Shown here piece after piece: positions 51,977 through 61,249 of a stretch of DNA of 64,000 nt (the first letter of the stretch is position 1; the number at the start of each line of letters is the position of its first letter). Position numbers and translations under genes: made by a program. The DNA is from Gemmatimonadales bacterium (GTDB taxonomy: Bacteria; Gemmatimonadota; Gemmatimonadetes; Gemmatimonadales; Gemmatimonadaceae), in assembly GCA_038208045.1 (NCBI GenBank), contig JBBQZD010000001.1, positions 4,526 to 68,525 of the forward strand, read 5' to 3'. The notes under the pieces are model-generated. The model did not search any database and was not told the DNA's origin. It saw only the letters and a program-made list of their open reading frames with translations.

Positions 51977-53659
51977 ATGACAAAACGTACGACGACTGAA
52001 GCTCCCGAAGCCGGCTTTTCCTCGCTCGGCCTCGATGATCGTTTGCTGGCGGCGCTGACCGCGCTGGGCTACGAAGAACCGACTCCCATTCAGCGGGCGG
52101 CCATTCCGCCGCTGCGCGAAGGGCGCGACGTGTTGGCGCAGGCCGCTACGGGCACGGGCAAGACGGCGGCCTTTGCGCTGCCGTTGCTGCACAACATCGA
52201 CCCGACGCTCCCGCCCAGGCAGCGCCTGCGCGCGCTGGTGCTGGTGCCGACGCGCGAACTCGCGATGCAGGTGGCCGAGGCGATCCACCGATACGGCAAG
52301 GTCTTCGGCGCCGTGGCGCTGCCGATCTACGGCGGCGCGTCCATGGAACAGCAGATCCGATCGCTCAAGCGCGGTGTGGACGTGGTGATCGCCACGCCCG
52401 GGCGCGCGCTCGACCACATCCGCCGCAAGACACTGTTCCTGAGCAGCGTGCAGGTGGTGGTGCTCGACGAAGCCGACGAGATGCTCGACATGGGATTCGC
52501 CGAGGACATCGAGGCCATCCTCAGCGAGGTACCGAACGAGCACCAGACCTGCCTGTTCAGCGCCACGCTGCCGCCGAAGATCACCAAGATCGCGAACTCG
52601 CACCTGAAGGACCCGTTCGTCGTGAAGATCGAGCGCCCGAAGATGGAAGCGGGCGAGACCGCGAAGGTGCGTCAGGTGGCCTATGTCGTGACGCGCGCGC
52701 ACAAGATGGCCGCGCTCGCGCGCATCCTCGACGTCGAGGCGCCGGAGAGCGCCATCGTCTTCTGTCGGACGCGCACCGAGGTGGACTCGCTCACGGAGAC
52801 GCTCATGGCGCGCGGCTATCGCGCCGAGGCACTGCACGGCGGGCTGAGCCAGGACCAGCGCGACCGCGTGATGAAGCGGTTCCGTGCCAAGGGAAGCGAC
52901 CTGCTGATCGCGACGGACGTGGCCGCCCGCGGTCTCGACGTGAAGCACGTGACGCACGTGGTGAACTACGACGTGCCGTGGGAAGCGGAGTCGTACGTGC
53001 ATCGCATCGGCCGCACGGGCCGCGCGGGGCGCGAGGGCGTGGCGATTACGCTCGCGGAGCCGCGCGAACATCGCCTGCTGCGCAACATCGAGGCGATGAC
53101 CAAGCAGAAGATCGACATCGGCGTGGTGCCGACGGCGGCCGACCTGCGCTCGCGTCAACTCGAGTTGTTGCGCGACCAGGTGGCGCAGTTGCTGGCGGAA
53201 GACGAACTGGACAAGTATCGCCCCATCGTCGAACAGCTTGCTGCAGAACATGACGTGATGGACATCGCCGCCGCCGCCATTCGGCTGGCGGCGAAGAAGA
53301 ATGACAGTGAGGCGGAAGTCGAGGATATCCCGAGTGTCACGCCACGCGGCGGCGAGCGCGTGGGATTCGCGCCCCGCCCGGCGCGACAGGGCCGGCGCGA
53401 ATTTGCCGGCAAGGTGGGCGGCAAGGTGGCGAAGATCTACGTCGGCGCGGGTCGCAAGCTGAAGATCCGTCCCGGCGACATCGTCGGTGCGATTGCCGGG
53501 GAGGCGGGGCTCAGCCTCGAACAGATCGGCTCCGTGACAATCGGCGACCGGCATTCGATTGTTGAGGTGCCGGAGGAAAAGGCCGATCTCGTCATCCGTG
53601 CGCTGAGCGCCAGCACCATCAAGGGCAAGCGGGTCCGGGTGCGGCGGGATCAATCCTGA
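51977..53659 (+). CDS. deaD: DEAD-box ATP-dependent RNA helicase with C-terminal DbpA-type RNA-binding domain
   Basis: AQAATGTGKTAAF, DEADEML, SAT, HRIGRTGRAG; C-terminal ...KIYVGAGRKLKIRPGDIVGAIAGEAGL... Confidence 0.9.
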   Translation: MTKRTTTEAPEAGFSSLGLDDRLLAALTALGYEEPTPIQRAAIPPLREGRDVLAQAATGTGKTAAFALPLLHNIDPTLPPRQRLRALVLVPTRELAMQVAEAIHRYGKVFGAVALPIYGGASMEQQIRSLKRGVDVVIATPGRALDHIRRKTLFLSSVQVVVLDEADEMLDMGFAEDIEAILSEVPNEHQTCLFSATLPPKITKIANSHLKDPFVVKIERPKMEAGETAKVRQVAYVVTRAHKMAALARILDVEAPESAIVFCRTRTEVDSLTETLMARGYRAEALHGGLSQDQRDRVMKRFRAKGSDLLIATDVAARGLDVKHVTHVVNYDVPWEAESYVHRIGRTGRAGREGVAITLAEPREHRLLRNIEAMTKQKIDIGVVPTAADLRSRQLELLRDQVAQLLAEDELDKYRPIVEQLAAEHDVMDIAAAAIRLAAKKNDSEAEVEDIPSVTPRGGERVGFAPRPARQGRREFAGKVGGKVAKIYVGAGRKLKIRPGDIVGAIAGEAGLSLEQIGSVTIGDRHSIVEVPEEKADLVIRALSASTIKGKRVRVRRDQS

Positions 53660-53663
53660 TTTG

Positions 53664-53863
53664 AACGCCATTCGGGGCTTTTTCAACACGGAGCCACGGA
53701 GTCAACGGCGAGGGCCACGGAGGCTGCAACGGCAATTCAAAGGGGGCTCGGCGAACGGGACTGTCCACCGGGCCCCCAAGTATTTGTAGTTGCCGTCTCC
53801 GTGGCCCTCAGCCTTTCCTCGGTGTCTCCGTGTTCCGTGTTGAAAAAGTCCGGAATGGCGCAC
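53664..53863 (+). repeat. NPR copy 10 (alpha / beta' arms), full length
   Basis: Read directly. It begins 4 nt after the helicase stop, and its last base overlaps the tag stop codon. Confidence 0.9.
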
Positions 53864-54471
53864 TACCGCCGGCCTTTCTCCGCGCGCGGCCGGATGTCAC
53901 ACCCATCGAGATGGTCGTTGACGAGCCCCATGGCCTGCATGAAGGCGTAGCAGGTGGTGGGGCCGACAAAGGTCCATCCGCGCTTCTTGAGGTCCTTCGA
54001 AAGCGCCGTGGATTCCGGGGTGGTGGCCATCTGCATCAGTGCGTTCCAGGTGATCTTCTTCGGACGAGTACGCGGGCCAGGTTCGAAGCGCCACACATAC
54101 CGGTCAAGCGATCCCTCGGCGTCGATGAGCTCGGCGCAGCGCCGAGCGTTGTTGATGGTGCTCTCGATCTTGCCGCGATGGCGCACGATGCCTGCGTTCC
54201 CCAGCAAGCGCTCGACCTTGCGGGGCGTGTAGCGTGCCACCTTCTCGAGGTCGAACGCGTCGAACGCGGCGCGAAAGTTCTCGCGCTTGCGCAGGATCGT
54301 GAGCCAACTGAGCCCGGCCTGGAAGCCCTCGAGGGAGAGCTTCTCGAACAGGCGCCGGTCATCGTGCACGGGAAAGCCCCACTCCGTGTCATGGTACGTG
54401 ACGTAGATGGGGTCGGCGGCGCACCACGCGCAGCGCGTCAGGCCGTCGGGCGATGCGAAGGAGCCGGACAT
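53863..54471 (-). CDS. tag: DNA-3-methyladenine glycosylase I
   Basis: RCAWCAADPIYVTYHDTEWGFPVHDDRRLFEKLSLEGFQAGLSWLTILRKRENFRAAF. Alternative start at 54492. Confidence 0.9.
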   Translation of the reverse strand: MSGSFASPDGLTRCAWCAADPIYVTYHDTEWGFPVHDDRRLFEKLSLEGFQAGLSWLTILRKRENFRAAFDAFDLEKVARYTPRKVERLLGNAGIVRHRGKIESTINNARRCAELIDAEGSLDRYVWRFEPGPRTRPKKITWNALMQMATTPESTALSKDLKKRGWTFVGPTTCYAFMQAMGLVNDHLDGCDIRPRAEKGRR

Positions 54472-54569
54472 TGGACGTTGGACCGTGGACATTGGTTGGC
54501 TGATGGGATGGAGCCGGGCGGTGTATCTTGCACGGTCAATCTCCACGCCCCGTCCCCATCCTCGCAATC

Positions 54570-55826
54570 ATGCGCCTGTTCCTCTTGGTCGTGCTGGCAG
54601 CGTCCGCGGGCTGTCGCGCGCCACGGCACGCCGAGCCGTCGCAGCACGCGCAGCACGCGCAGCACGCGCAGCACGCGCAGCACAAGGTGCTGCTGGTTTC
54701 GCTCGACGGATTCCGCGCCGACTACATCCAGCGGCCGGCCGCGGTGCGCCTGCGAGAGCTCGCAGCCCGCGGCGTGCGTGCCGAGCGGATGGTGCCCGCC
54801 TTTCCGTCGAAGACCTTTCCCAACCACTACACCATCGTCACCGGGCTCTATCCTGAGCACCACGGCATCGTGGCGAATGTGATCTGGGACGACGTCATCG
54901 GCAAGCGGTTCACGATTAGCGACACGCTCATCACGCACGATCCGCGCTGGTGGGGTGGCGAGCCGCTGTGGGCAACGGTCGAACGACAGGGCAAGCGCGC
55001 CGCGTCGTATTTCTGGGTTGGCTCCGACATCACCATCGCCGGCCGACGGCCGACGTGGTGGAAGGCCTATGACGGGCGTGTGCCGAACAGCGAGCGGGTC
55101 CGGCAGGTGCTCGAGTGGCTGTCGATGCCGGGTGACACCGCGCCGGTGTTCGTGTCGACGTATTTCAGCACCACCGACGACTCGGGCCACGCGCACGGCC
55201 CGGATGCGCCGCAGACCGACCTGGCGATCGCCGACGTGGACCGGCAGGTGGGTGCCCTCATGGATGGCATCGCCGCGCGTGGTTTGGCAGACCGTGTGGA
55301 CGTCGTCGTGGTCTCGGATCACGGCATGACAGCGCTGTCGGCCGAGCGGGTGATCTATCTCGACGACTTCATCGATCTCTCGAAGGTCGACATCGTGGAC
55401 ATGTCACCCGTGGGCGCGATTGCGCCGAAGGCCGGATACGAAGACGAGGCATACCGCCGGCTGAAGGACGCCCACCCGCACATGCAGGTCTACCGGAAAG
55501 GGGCGGTGCCGACTCGATTCCACTTCAACGCCCACCCGCGCATCACCCCGATCGTGACGATCGCCGATGAAGGATGGACCATGACGACGCACGCCAACGT
55601 GCGTCGCAATGGCCTGCCGAAGGGCGGAACCCACGGGTACGACAACCTGCTGCCGTCGATGGGTGCGCTGTTCGTGGCGGCAGGGCCCGACTTCAGGCAG
55701 GGGGTGGTGGTGCCCGCGTTCCAGAACATCCACGTCTACGAACTGCTGGCGGGCATCATTGGCGTGCGGCCGGCAGCGAACGATGGCTCGGCGGATTCGA
55801 CGCGGGGGATGCTCAGGAAGCGCTAG
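54570..55826 (+). CDS. ectonucleotide pyrophosphatase/phosphodiesterase (NPP, alkaline-phosphatase superfamily) lipoprotein
   Basis: Lipobox LAASAGC; VLLVSLDGFRADY, FPSKTFPNHYTIVTGLYPEHHGIV, SDHGM, GTHGYDN. Confidence 0.85.
   Translation: MRLFLLVVLAASAGCRAPRHAEPSQHAQHAQHAQHAQHKVLLVSLDGFRADYIQRPAAVRLRELAARGVRAERMVPAFPSKTFPNHYTIVTGLYPEHHGIVANVIWDDVIGKRFTISDTLITHDPRWWGGEPLWATVERQGKRAASYFWVGSDITIAGRRPTWWKAYDGRVPNSERVRQVLEWLSMPGDTAPVFVSTYFSTTDDSGHAHGPDAPQTDLAIADVDRQVGALMDGIAARGLADRVDVVVVSDHGMTALSAERVIYLDDFIDLSKVDIVDMSPVGAIAPKAGYEDEAYRRLKDAHPHMQVYRKGAVPTRFHFNAHPRITPIVTIADEGWTMTTHANVRRNGLPKGGTHGYDNLLPSMGALFVAAGPDFRQGVVVPAFQNIHVYELLAGIIGVRPAANDGSADSTRGMLRKR
54641..54683. repeat. 9-bp tandem repeat (gcagcacgc x4.8) in the NPP linker, encoding (QHA)4-QH
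   Basis: Read directly; in frame; lies between the lipobox Cys and the catalytic domain. Confidence 0.9.
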
Positions 55827-55857
55827 GAAGTGGAAGAGGCAGGGAACACGGGGGAAA

Positions 55858-55885
55858 GGGGCGCCGGTCAATCGACCGACGCCCC
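55858..55885. terminator. GC-rich hairpin between convergent genes (GGGGCGCCGGTC-aatc-GACCGACGCCCC)
   Basis: 11/12 bp stem, followed by TCTCGTATCG on the plus strand. Confidence 0.45.
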
Positions 55886-55916
55886 TCTCGTATCGTGCCA
55901 TGTTTCAATTGTGGGG

Positions 55917-56411
55917 TCAGTCGCGACTGACCAGTTCAGGAAGCCAGAGGTCTGCTTCGCGGGCCAATGCGGGGACCATTCCTGAAGCTGCCGCGAGGGC
56001 ATCGAGTACGTGCTCCAGAACCAGCGGAGCCGCGATTTCCTCGATGGCGTAACGGATCTCGTCATCCCTCCAGTACGCATAACCGATGCGCAGACGGTTC
56101 GCGTTGGCTTCGTTGAGCCACGCACAGAGATCCTCGCTAAACGGCACGTCGGTCCGCACAGTGCCCAGCACCCGCACCACCGGTGGTTCTTCCTGCACCT
56201 GGACTCCCAGGGGCACGTCATCCACGCCAACCACGATCAGACCCGTCTCGTCGATCTCGAGTGTGCCCTCCGGCACATAGGGAGCAAGCCCGGCAAGGAC
56301 TCGCTGTTTGAGACTGTGGTGATCGGAAGCGGGCCGTGATCGCGACCTGGACGACGTCGAAGACCGTGTGGTGCGAGCTGGCTTCCCGTGCAACTGCGGC
56401 ATCGGAAACAC
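55917..56411 (-). CDS. hypothetical protein, possibly YbjN/T3SS-chaperone-like fold, with Ser/Arg-rich N-terminus
   Basis: Coding-like composition; the weak pattern call rests on ...VVRVLGTVRTDVPFSEDLCAWLNEANANRLRIGYAYWRDDEIRYAIEE... Confidence 0.4.
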   Translation of the reverse strand: MFPMPQLHGKPARTTRSSTSSRSRSRPASDHHSLKQRVLAGLAPYVPEGTLEIDETGLIVVGVDDVPLGVQVQEEPPVVRVLGTVRTDVPFSEDLCAWLNEANANRLRIGYAYWRDDEIRYAIEEIAAPLVLEHVLDALAAASGMVPALAREADLWLPELVSRD

Positions 56412-56713
56412 CTCCCTGCGGTGAACGCATTGCTACCATGCCACGTCCATGCCGAAAAGGAAATAGGCAAGATGCCCACGCGTGCGTGGGGAGATTCTTT
56501 CCGATCAGGGTCTTCGCCGGTGCGGATGCATAAACCGCGCCATCAGGCAATCGCCACACCGCGCCGGCTATCTGGTTGCATCCGTTCGGCTTACCGCAGC
56601 GGCTTGCGTCGTTCCTGCGCGGAAGTCGGCCGGCCGCCATCAACGGCGGCACCCTACCGAAGGGATGTGACGGACGAGAGATTCTCGGCACCACTTCGCA
56701 CCAGAGAGCCGTC

Positions 56714-57994
56714 ATGACGAATCGCCGGGAGTTCCTGGGCCTCACCGCCACCGCCGCTGCCGCGACGGCGCTCTCGCCGCGCCATGCGTCGGCGAAGGCT
56801 CTCGAACATGCCGACGACCCGCCGGCGATCGCTGCGCTGACCTCCATGCGCGACCAGGCCACGCCAATCACGGTGGACGAACGGAAAGGGCGCCTGGAGC
56901 GTGCGCGCGCGCTGATGTCGGCCAATCATCTCGACGCCGTCATGCTCACCGGCGGCACGTCGCTCGACTACTTCACCGGCATGCATTGGGGGCTCAGCGA
57001 ACGCCTGCTGGCCGTGATCATTCCGGTGAAGGGCGAGGCCTTCCTGGTGACCCCGAAGTTCGAGGAGGAGCGCGCGCTGGAACAGGCACGCACCGGACCG
57101 CTGGGCAAGGGCGCCGAGGTGATGGCGTGGGAAGAAGACGAATCACCGTACGCGCTGGTCGCGAAGGGATTGCGTGCGCGCGGCATCGCCGCCGGCGCGA
57201 TGGGCATCGAGGAAACCGTCCGCTGGCAGTTCAGCGACGGCGCCGGACACCTCTTGCCGCAGATGCGACTGACGAGCGCGCTGCCGGTGAGCGCCGGCTG
57301 TCGCATGATCAAGGATGCGCACGAAATCGCGTTGATGCGCCTGGCCGCGCACGTGACGCTCAAGGCCTACGAAGCCGCGTGGAAGTCGCTGAAGGAAGGG
57401 ATGACACAGGGCGACTTTGGCACACTCGTTGGCCGCGCCCATGACAAGCTGGGTTTCAGCGGGGGCGGTGACGTGCAGGTGGGCAAATGGTCGGCGTTGC
57501 CGCATGGGTCGGTGACGCCGCAGGTGGTGCGCGAGGGGTCCATCGTGCTGCTGGACGGTGGCTGCAAGGTGCACGGCTACTCATCCGACATCAGCCGTAC
57601 GTTCGTGCTGGGCACGCCGACGCAGAAGATGAAGGACGTCTTCGACATCGTGCATCGGGCGCAAACGGCGGCCGTGAAGACAGCCCGTCCGGGACTCGCG
57701 TGCGAGGCAGTGGACGCGGCGGCTCGGCAGGTGATCACCGACGCCGGGTACGGGCCGGGCTACACGTACTTCCTGCATCGCGTGGGGCATGGCATGGGTA
57801 TGGACGGCCACGAATGGCCGTACCTCGTGAAGGGAAACACCCTGCCGCTCCAGCCGCACATGACCTTCAGTGACGAGCCCGGGATTTACATTCCGGAGGA
57901 GTTTGGCGTGCGACTGGAGGATGACATGCACATCACCGAGGACGGAGCGGAGTTGTTTACTCCGCAGTCGGAGAGTCTTGAGAAGCCATTTTAG
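56714..57994 (+). CDS. M24 family Xaa-Pro peptidase with Tat signal
   Basis: MTNRREFLGLTATAAAATALSPRHASA; metal ligands in the ...LLDGGCKVHGYSSDISRT..., HRVGHGMGMDGHE, EPG, LED context. Confidence 0.85.
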   Translation: MTNRREFLGLTATAAAATALSPRHASAKALEHADDPPAIAALTSMRDQATPITVDERKGRLERARALMSANHLDAVMLTGGTSLDYFTGMHWGLSERLLAVIIPVKGEAFLVTPKFEEERALEQARTGPLGKGAEVMAWEEDESPYALVAKGLRARGIAAGAMGIEETVRWQFSDGAGHLLPQMRLTSALPVSAGCRMIKDAHEIALMRLAAHVTLKAYEAAWKSLKEGMTQGDFGTLVGRAHDKLGFSGGGDVQVGKWSALPHGSVTPQVVREGSIVLLDGGCKVHGYSSDISRTFVLGTPTQKMKDVFDIVHRAQTAAVKTARPGLACEAVDAAARQVITDAGYGPGYTYFLHRVGHGMGMDGHEWPYLVKGNTLPLQPHMTFSDEPGIYIPEEFGVRLEDDMHITEDGAELFTPQSESLEKPF

Positions 57995-58045
57995 CGTGGG
58001 GAAGCTCTACGCCGTACGCCATGGGCCATACGACACGGCAATTTC

Positions 58046-58945
58046 ATGAGTAGTCCTGATTACGAATCACTGGCGCGGCAACTGGATGCCACCGGGGAGT
58101 TCAAGGTGCTCCGGCATTTCATGCCGCGAGCGTCGTACGGCGAACCCGACGCCGGCGAGGAGACGCGCTCGGCCTTGTTCGTGGATGTCGAGACGACCGG
58201 CATGCACTGGGCGTCGGATCGCATCATCGAGTTCGCTGGCGTACCGTTCAGTTTCGGCAAAGAGAGCGGCCGTATCGTGCAGGTGGGCATGCCGCTGGTC
58301 TCGCTGGAAGACCCGAAACGGCCGATTCCGCCGGAAATTACGCGATTGACACGCATCACTGACGAGATGGTGTCGGGACAGCGTATTGATGACGCCAAGG
58401 TCACGGCCATTGCGAACGAGGCACAGCTGATCATCGCGCATAACGCGCGGTTCGACCGACCGTTCGTAGAGGAACGCTTCCCCGTCTTCGCCGAGAAGCA
58501 CTGGGCCTGCTCCATCAACGACGTGCCGTGGGAAGCACATGGGTTGGGTTCCGTGAAGCTGGGCTGGCTGCTGATGGAGCATGCGGGCCTCTATTTTCGG
58601 GCGCATCGTGCGGAGGATGATTGCCTTGCCGCCATCCACATCCTGGCGACGCCGTTCGCCGACGATGACACGCTGCCGATGCGCCACCTGCTCGAGACGA
58701 GCCGTCAGCACACGGTCCAGCTGCGTGCCGTCAATGCGCCGTTCGACATGAAAGACCTGCTGAAAGCTCGCGGCTACCAGTGGGACAATGGTACCGCCGA
58801 TCGACCGAAGGCCTGGCAGAAGGAAGTGTTCGAGGATCTGCAGGCCGAGGAGACGGCCTGGCTGCGCGAGACGATCTACAAGGGGAGGGGCGCACCGGAG
58901 GCGAAGAAACTCACGGCGCGCACTCGCTACTCCGCGCGACGCTGA
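58046..58945 (+). CDS. DEDDh-type 3'-5' exonuclease (DnaQ-like) with C-terminal extension
   Basis: FVDVETTG (ExoI), IAHNARFDRPF (ExoII), HRAEDDCLA (ExoIII). Confidence 0.8.
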   Translation: MSSPDYESLARQLDATGEFKVLRHFMPRASYGEPDAGEETRSALFVDVETTGMHWASDRIIEFAGVPFSFGKESGRIVQVGMPLVSLEDPKRPIPPEITRLTRITDEMVSGQRIDDAKVTAIANEAQLIIAHNARFDRPFVEERFPVFAEKHWACSINDVPWEAHGLGSVKLGWLLMEHAGLYFRAHRAEDDCLAAIHILATPFADDDTLPMRHLLETSRQHTVQLRAVNAPFDMKDLLKARGYQWDNGTADRPKAWQKEVFEDLQAEETAWLRETIYKGRGAPEAKKLTARTRYSARR

Positions 58946-59011
58946 TTCGCGAGCGGCCGCTCGGAACTACTCGTCATCGCGCGACGTACGTGCCTCAGAG
59001 CCCCCGAAGTG

Positions 59012-61234
59012 ATGCCTCTTCACACCCTCCTCCTCCTGCTTGGGCAGGCCGTGTCCGTTTCGACGGCTCCGCCGCAGGTGCGCCGCGACACGGCGACGTA
59101 CGAGACCCCGGCCCTGCGTGCGCTCGTGACGGAAGCCGCGCGGCTGAACCGGCGGGTTCCTCCGGGGCTGGGCGCCTATCGCGCGCGCATGGAGAGCGAG
59201 ATCTCCATCGGGACACAGCGTCCCGACAGGGGCGAAGTGTCCGTATCCATCGAGCAGGTGGCGAGCGAACTGGCGTGGGACCGCACCGGGGCGTTCGAAC
59301 AGCACGTGACCGGCTATCGATCACAGGCCGTGGGCGTGCAGTTTGCGTCCCTCGGGTTCTTCCGCAACGCGTGGGCCGTGCCGTCGCTGTACGGCAACCG
59401 CCTTGCCCTGCTCTTCGGCCGCGACACCGTCCGGCGACGGACGCCGAGGCGAACCTCCCGAACGGACCGATCGACGGTCTACGCGGTGCATCCGCTGGCC
59501 GACGACCGCGAGCGGGTTTACCGCTTCCGCGGCGGCGACACGATACAGGTCCTGGGCGTGAGTGGCCGCGAGATTCCGATCATTCGGGTGGACGTCGAAC
59601 CGCGTCCCGACGTGCCCGACGCGACGGTGATTTTCACGGGCGAACTGGACCTGGACGCGACGCGCAAGCACATCGTGCGCATGCGCGGGTACTTTGCCCG
59701 CGTTGGCGGGCAAAAGCCGAAGTTCGACCTGCTCGCACAGGCGCGCCTGCAGGGCATTGCTTTCGTCGAACTGGTGAACAGCGAGGTTGACCAGTCGTAC
59801 TGGCTGCCGTCGTACCAGCGTTTCGAGGCGCAGGCCACGGCGCCGTTCATTGGCGATGCGCGGGCGGTGTTCCGCATCGTGTCGCGATTCCGCAGCTACG
59901 ACATCACCAGCCCAAGCGGCACGGTGACACGAGAAATTTCGCCCGCCGATACGCTGCAACTGCATGAGCACCAGCTGTCGTTTGCGCCGGCCGATTCAGT
60001 GCGTGCGTTCGGCGACTGGCGCACCGAGATGGGCACGCTGAGCTCGGTGGTTGCCGCCACCGACTTCGACGACGTCGCGCCCGACCTGTGGAAAGCCACG
60101 GGGCCGCCACGGACCTCCATGCGTCCGGAGCGGGTGAACGACGTCGTGCATCTCAACCGCGTTGAAGGGCTGTGGACGGGTCTCGGCGTGACGCACCAGT
60201 TTCGCGACGCACTTCCTGGGCTCACGGTGCGCGCGGTCGCGGGGTACGCCTGGAGCGAGCACGCGGCGCGCGGGCGGGCCATCGTCGAGTACCGGCGGGC
60301 CCGCACGCGGTGGTCGCTGCGCGCGGGCCGGTCACTCGACATCACGAATGACTTCCGCGTGGGGTTCGACTCGGGGAGTGCCACGAGCGCGCTGTTCGGC
60401 GTGGACGATTACGACTACGTGGACCGCTCCTCGGCGACGGTGTCGGCGGCCCGCTTGCTCCCCGACCGGTTCGGAAGCGCCCTGCGCCTCGACCTGGGCG
60501 TGGCCGACGACCGGGCAGCGCATGTCTCGATGCAGCGCTCTCCACTTGGACGGCGGCTCTTCCGGGACAATCGCGGCTCCCTCGATGGCCGCTATGCCCG
60601 CACCGGGGTGACGCTCGACTGGCGACCCGATGTCAGCGGCGATTTCATGCGCACGGGCGTCGGTGGGCGCGCCTACTACGAACGCGGCGACGGCGACATC
60701 GACTACCAGCGTGTGGAGTTGCGTCTCGCGACGCGGTGGAACCGTGGGCGGGTTACCGTGGCCGGACGGGCCGATGCCGGCGAGGTGTTCGGCTCGACGA
60801 TTCCTCCGCAGCAGCTGTTTGAGCTGGGCAGCACCGAGGCGTTGCCCGGCTACGACTACAAGGAGTTCGCCGGCGATCGCGCGGCGCTGGTGCGCGGCGT
60901 GGTCATGTACCGGCTGAACGTGCTGATGGCGCCGATTCGCCTGACGCGCCGCTGGTGGCTCCCGAGTCCCTCGCCGGCGCTGTCGGCGAGCATCCAGGCC
61001 GGATGGACGGACATCTCCAATGATGCAGCCCGAACGGCCGTGGCAGGTCTGGGTTTGGCGCAGGATCCCCGCACGCTGGCACTGTGGCGCCCCGTGAGCC
61101 GGTCCACCGACGGCGTGCGTGCCACGCTGTCGGGCGGCGTGCGGTTCTTCGGCGGCGCCGTGGGTTTGCTGCTCGCGCGACCGCTCGAAGCCGGGGGAAA
61201 ATGGCGGGTGCTGCTCTCGGTCGGACAGTACTGA
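59012..61234 (+). CDS. hypothetical outer-membrane protein (probable beta-barrel)
   Basis: Signal MPLHTLLLLLGQAVSVSTA; C-terminal alternating pattern ending ...WRVLLSVGQY (terminal aromatic). No recognisable domain. Confidence 0.5.
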   Translation: MPLHTLLLLLGQAVSVSTAPPQVRRDTATYETPALRALVTEAARLNRRVPPGLGAYRARMESEISIGTQRPDRGEVSVSIEQVASELAWDRTGAFEQHVTGYRSQAVGVQFASLGFFRNAWAVPSLYGNRLALLFGRDTVRRRTPRRTSRTDRSTVYAVHPLADDRERVYRFRGGDTIQVLGVSGREIPIIRVDVEPRPDVPDATVIFTGELDLDATRKHIVRMRGYFARVGGQKPKFDLLAQARLQGIAFVELVNSEVDQSYWLPSYQRFEAQATAPFIGDARAVFRIVSRFRSYDITSPSGTVTREISPADTLQLHEHQLSFAPADSVRAFGDWRTEMGTLSSVVAATDFDDVAPDLWKATGPPRTSMRPERVNDVVHLNRVEGLWTGLGVTHQFRDALPGLTVRAVAGYAWSEHAARGRAIVEYRRARTRWSLRAGRSLDITNDFRVGFDSGSATSALFGVDDYDYVDRSSATVSAARLLPDRFGSALRLDLGVADDRAAHVSMQRSPLGRRLFRDNRGSLDGRYARTGVTLDWRPDVSGDFMRTGVGGRAYYERGDGDIDYQRVELRLATRWNRGRVTVAGRADAGEVFGSTIPPQQLFELGSTEALPGYDYKEFAGDRAALVRGVVMYRLNVLMAPIRLTRRWWLPSPSPALSASIQAGWTDISNDAARTAVAGLGLAQDPRTLALWRPVSRSTDGVRATLSGGVRFFGGAVGLLLARPLEAGGKWRVLLSVGQY

Positions 61235-61249
61235 CGAGCGCCGGCGAAC

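Noticed and set aside
51971-53689. 572-aa ORF on the minus strand
   Set aside because: It is antisense to the DEAD-box helicase, which carries all helicase motifs. It is a shadow ORF.
2095-53863. Whether the dispersed repeats are a CRISPR array or array remnants
   Set aside because: The copies are kilobases apart and separated by housekeeping genes. Each is itself a long palindrome of ~190 bp rather than a 25-40 bp direct repeat. No cas genes are present.
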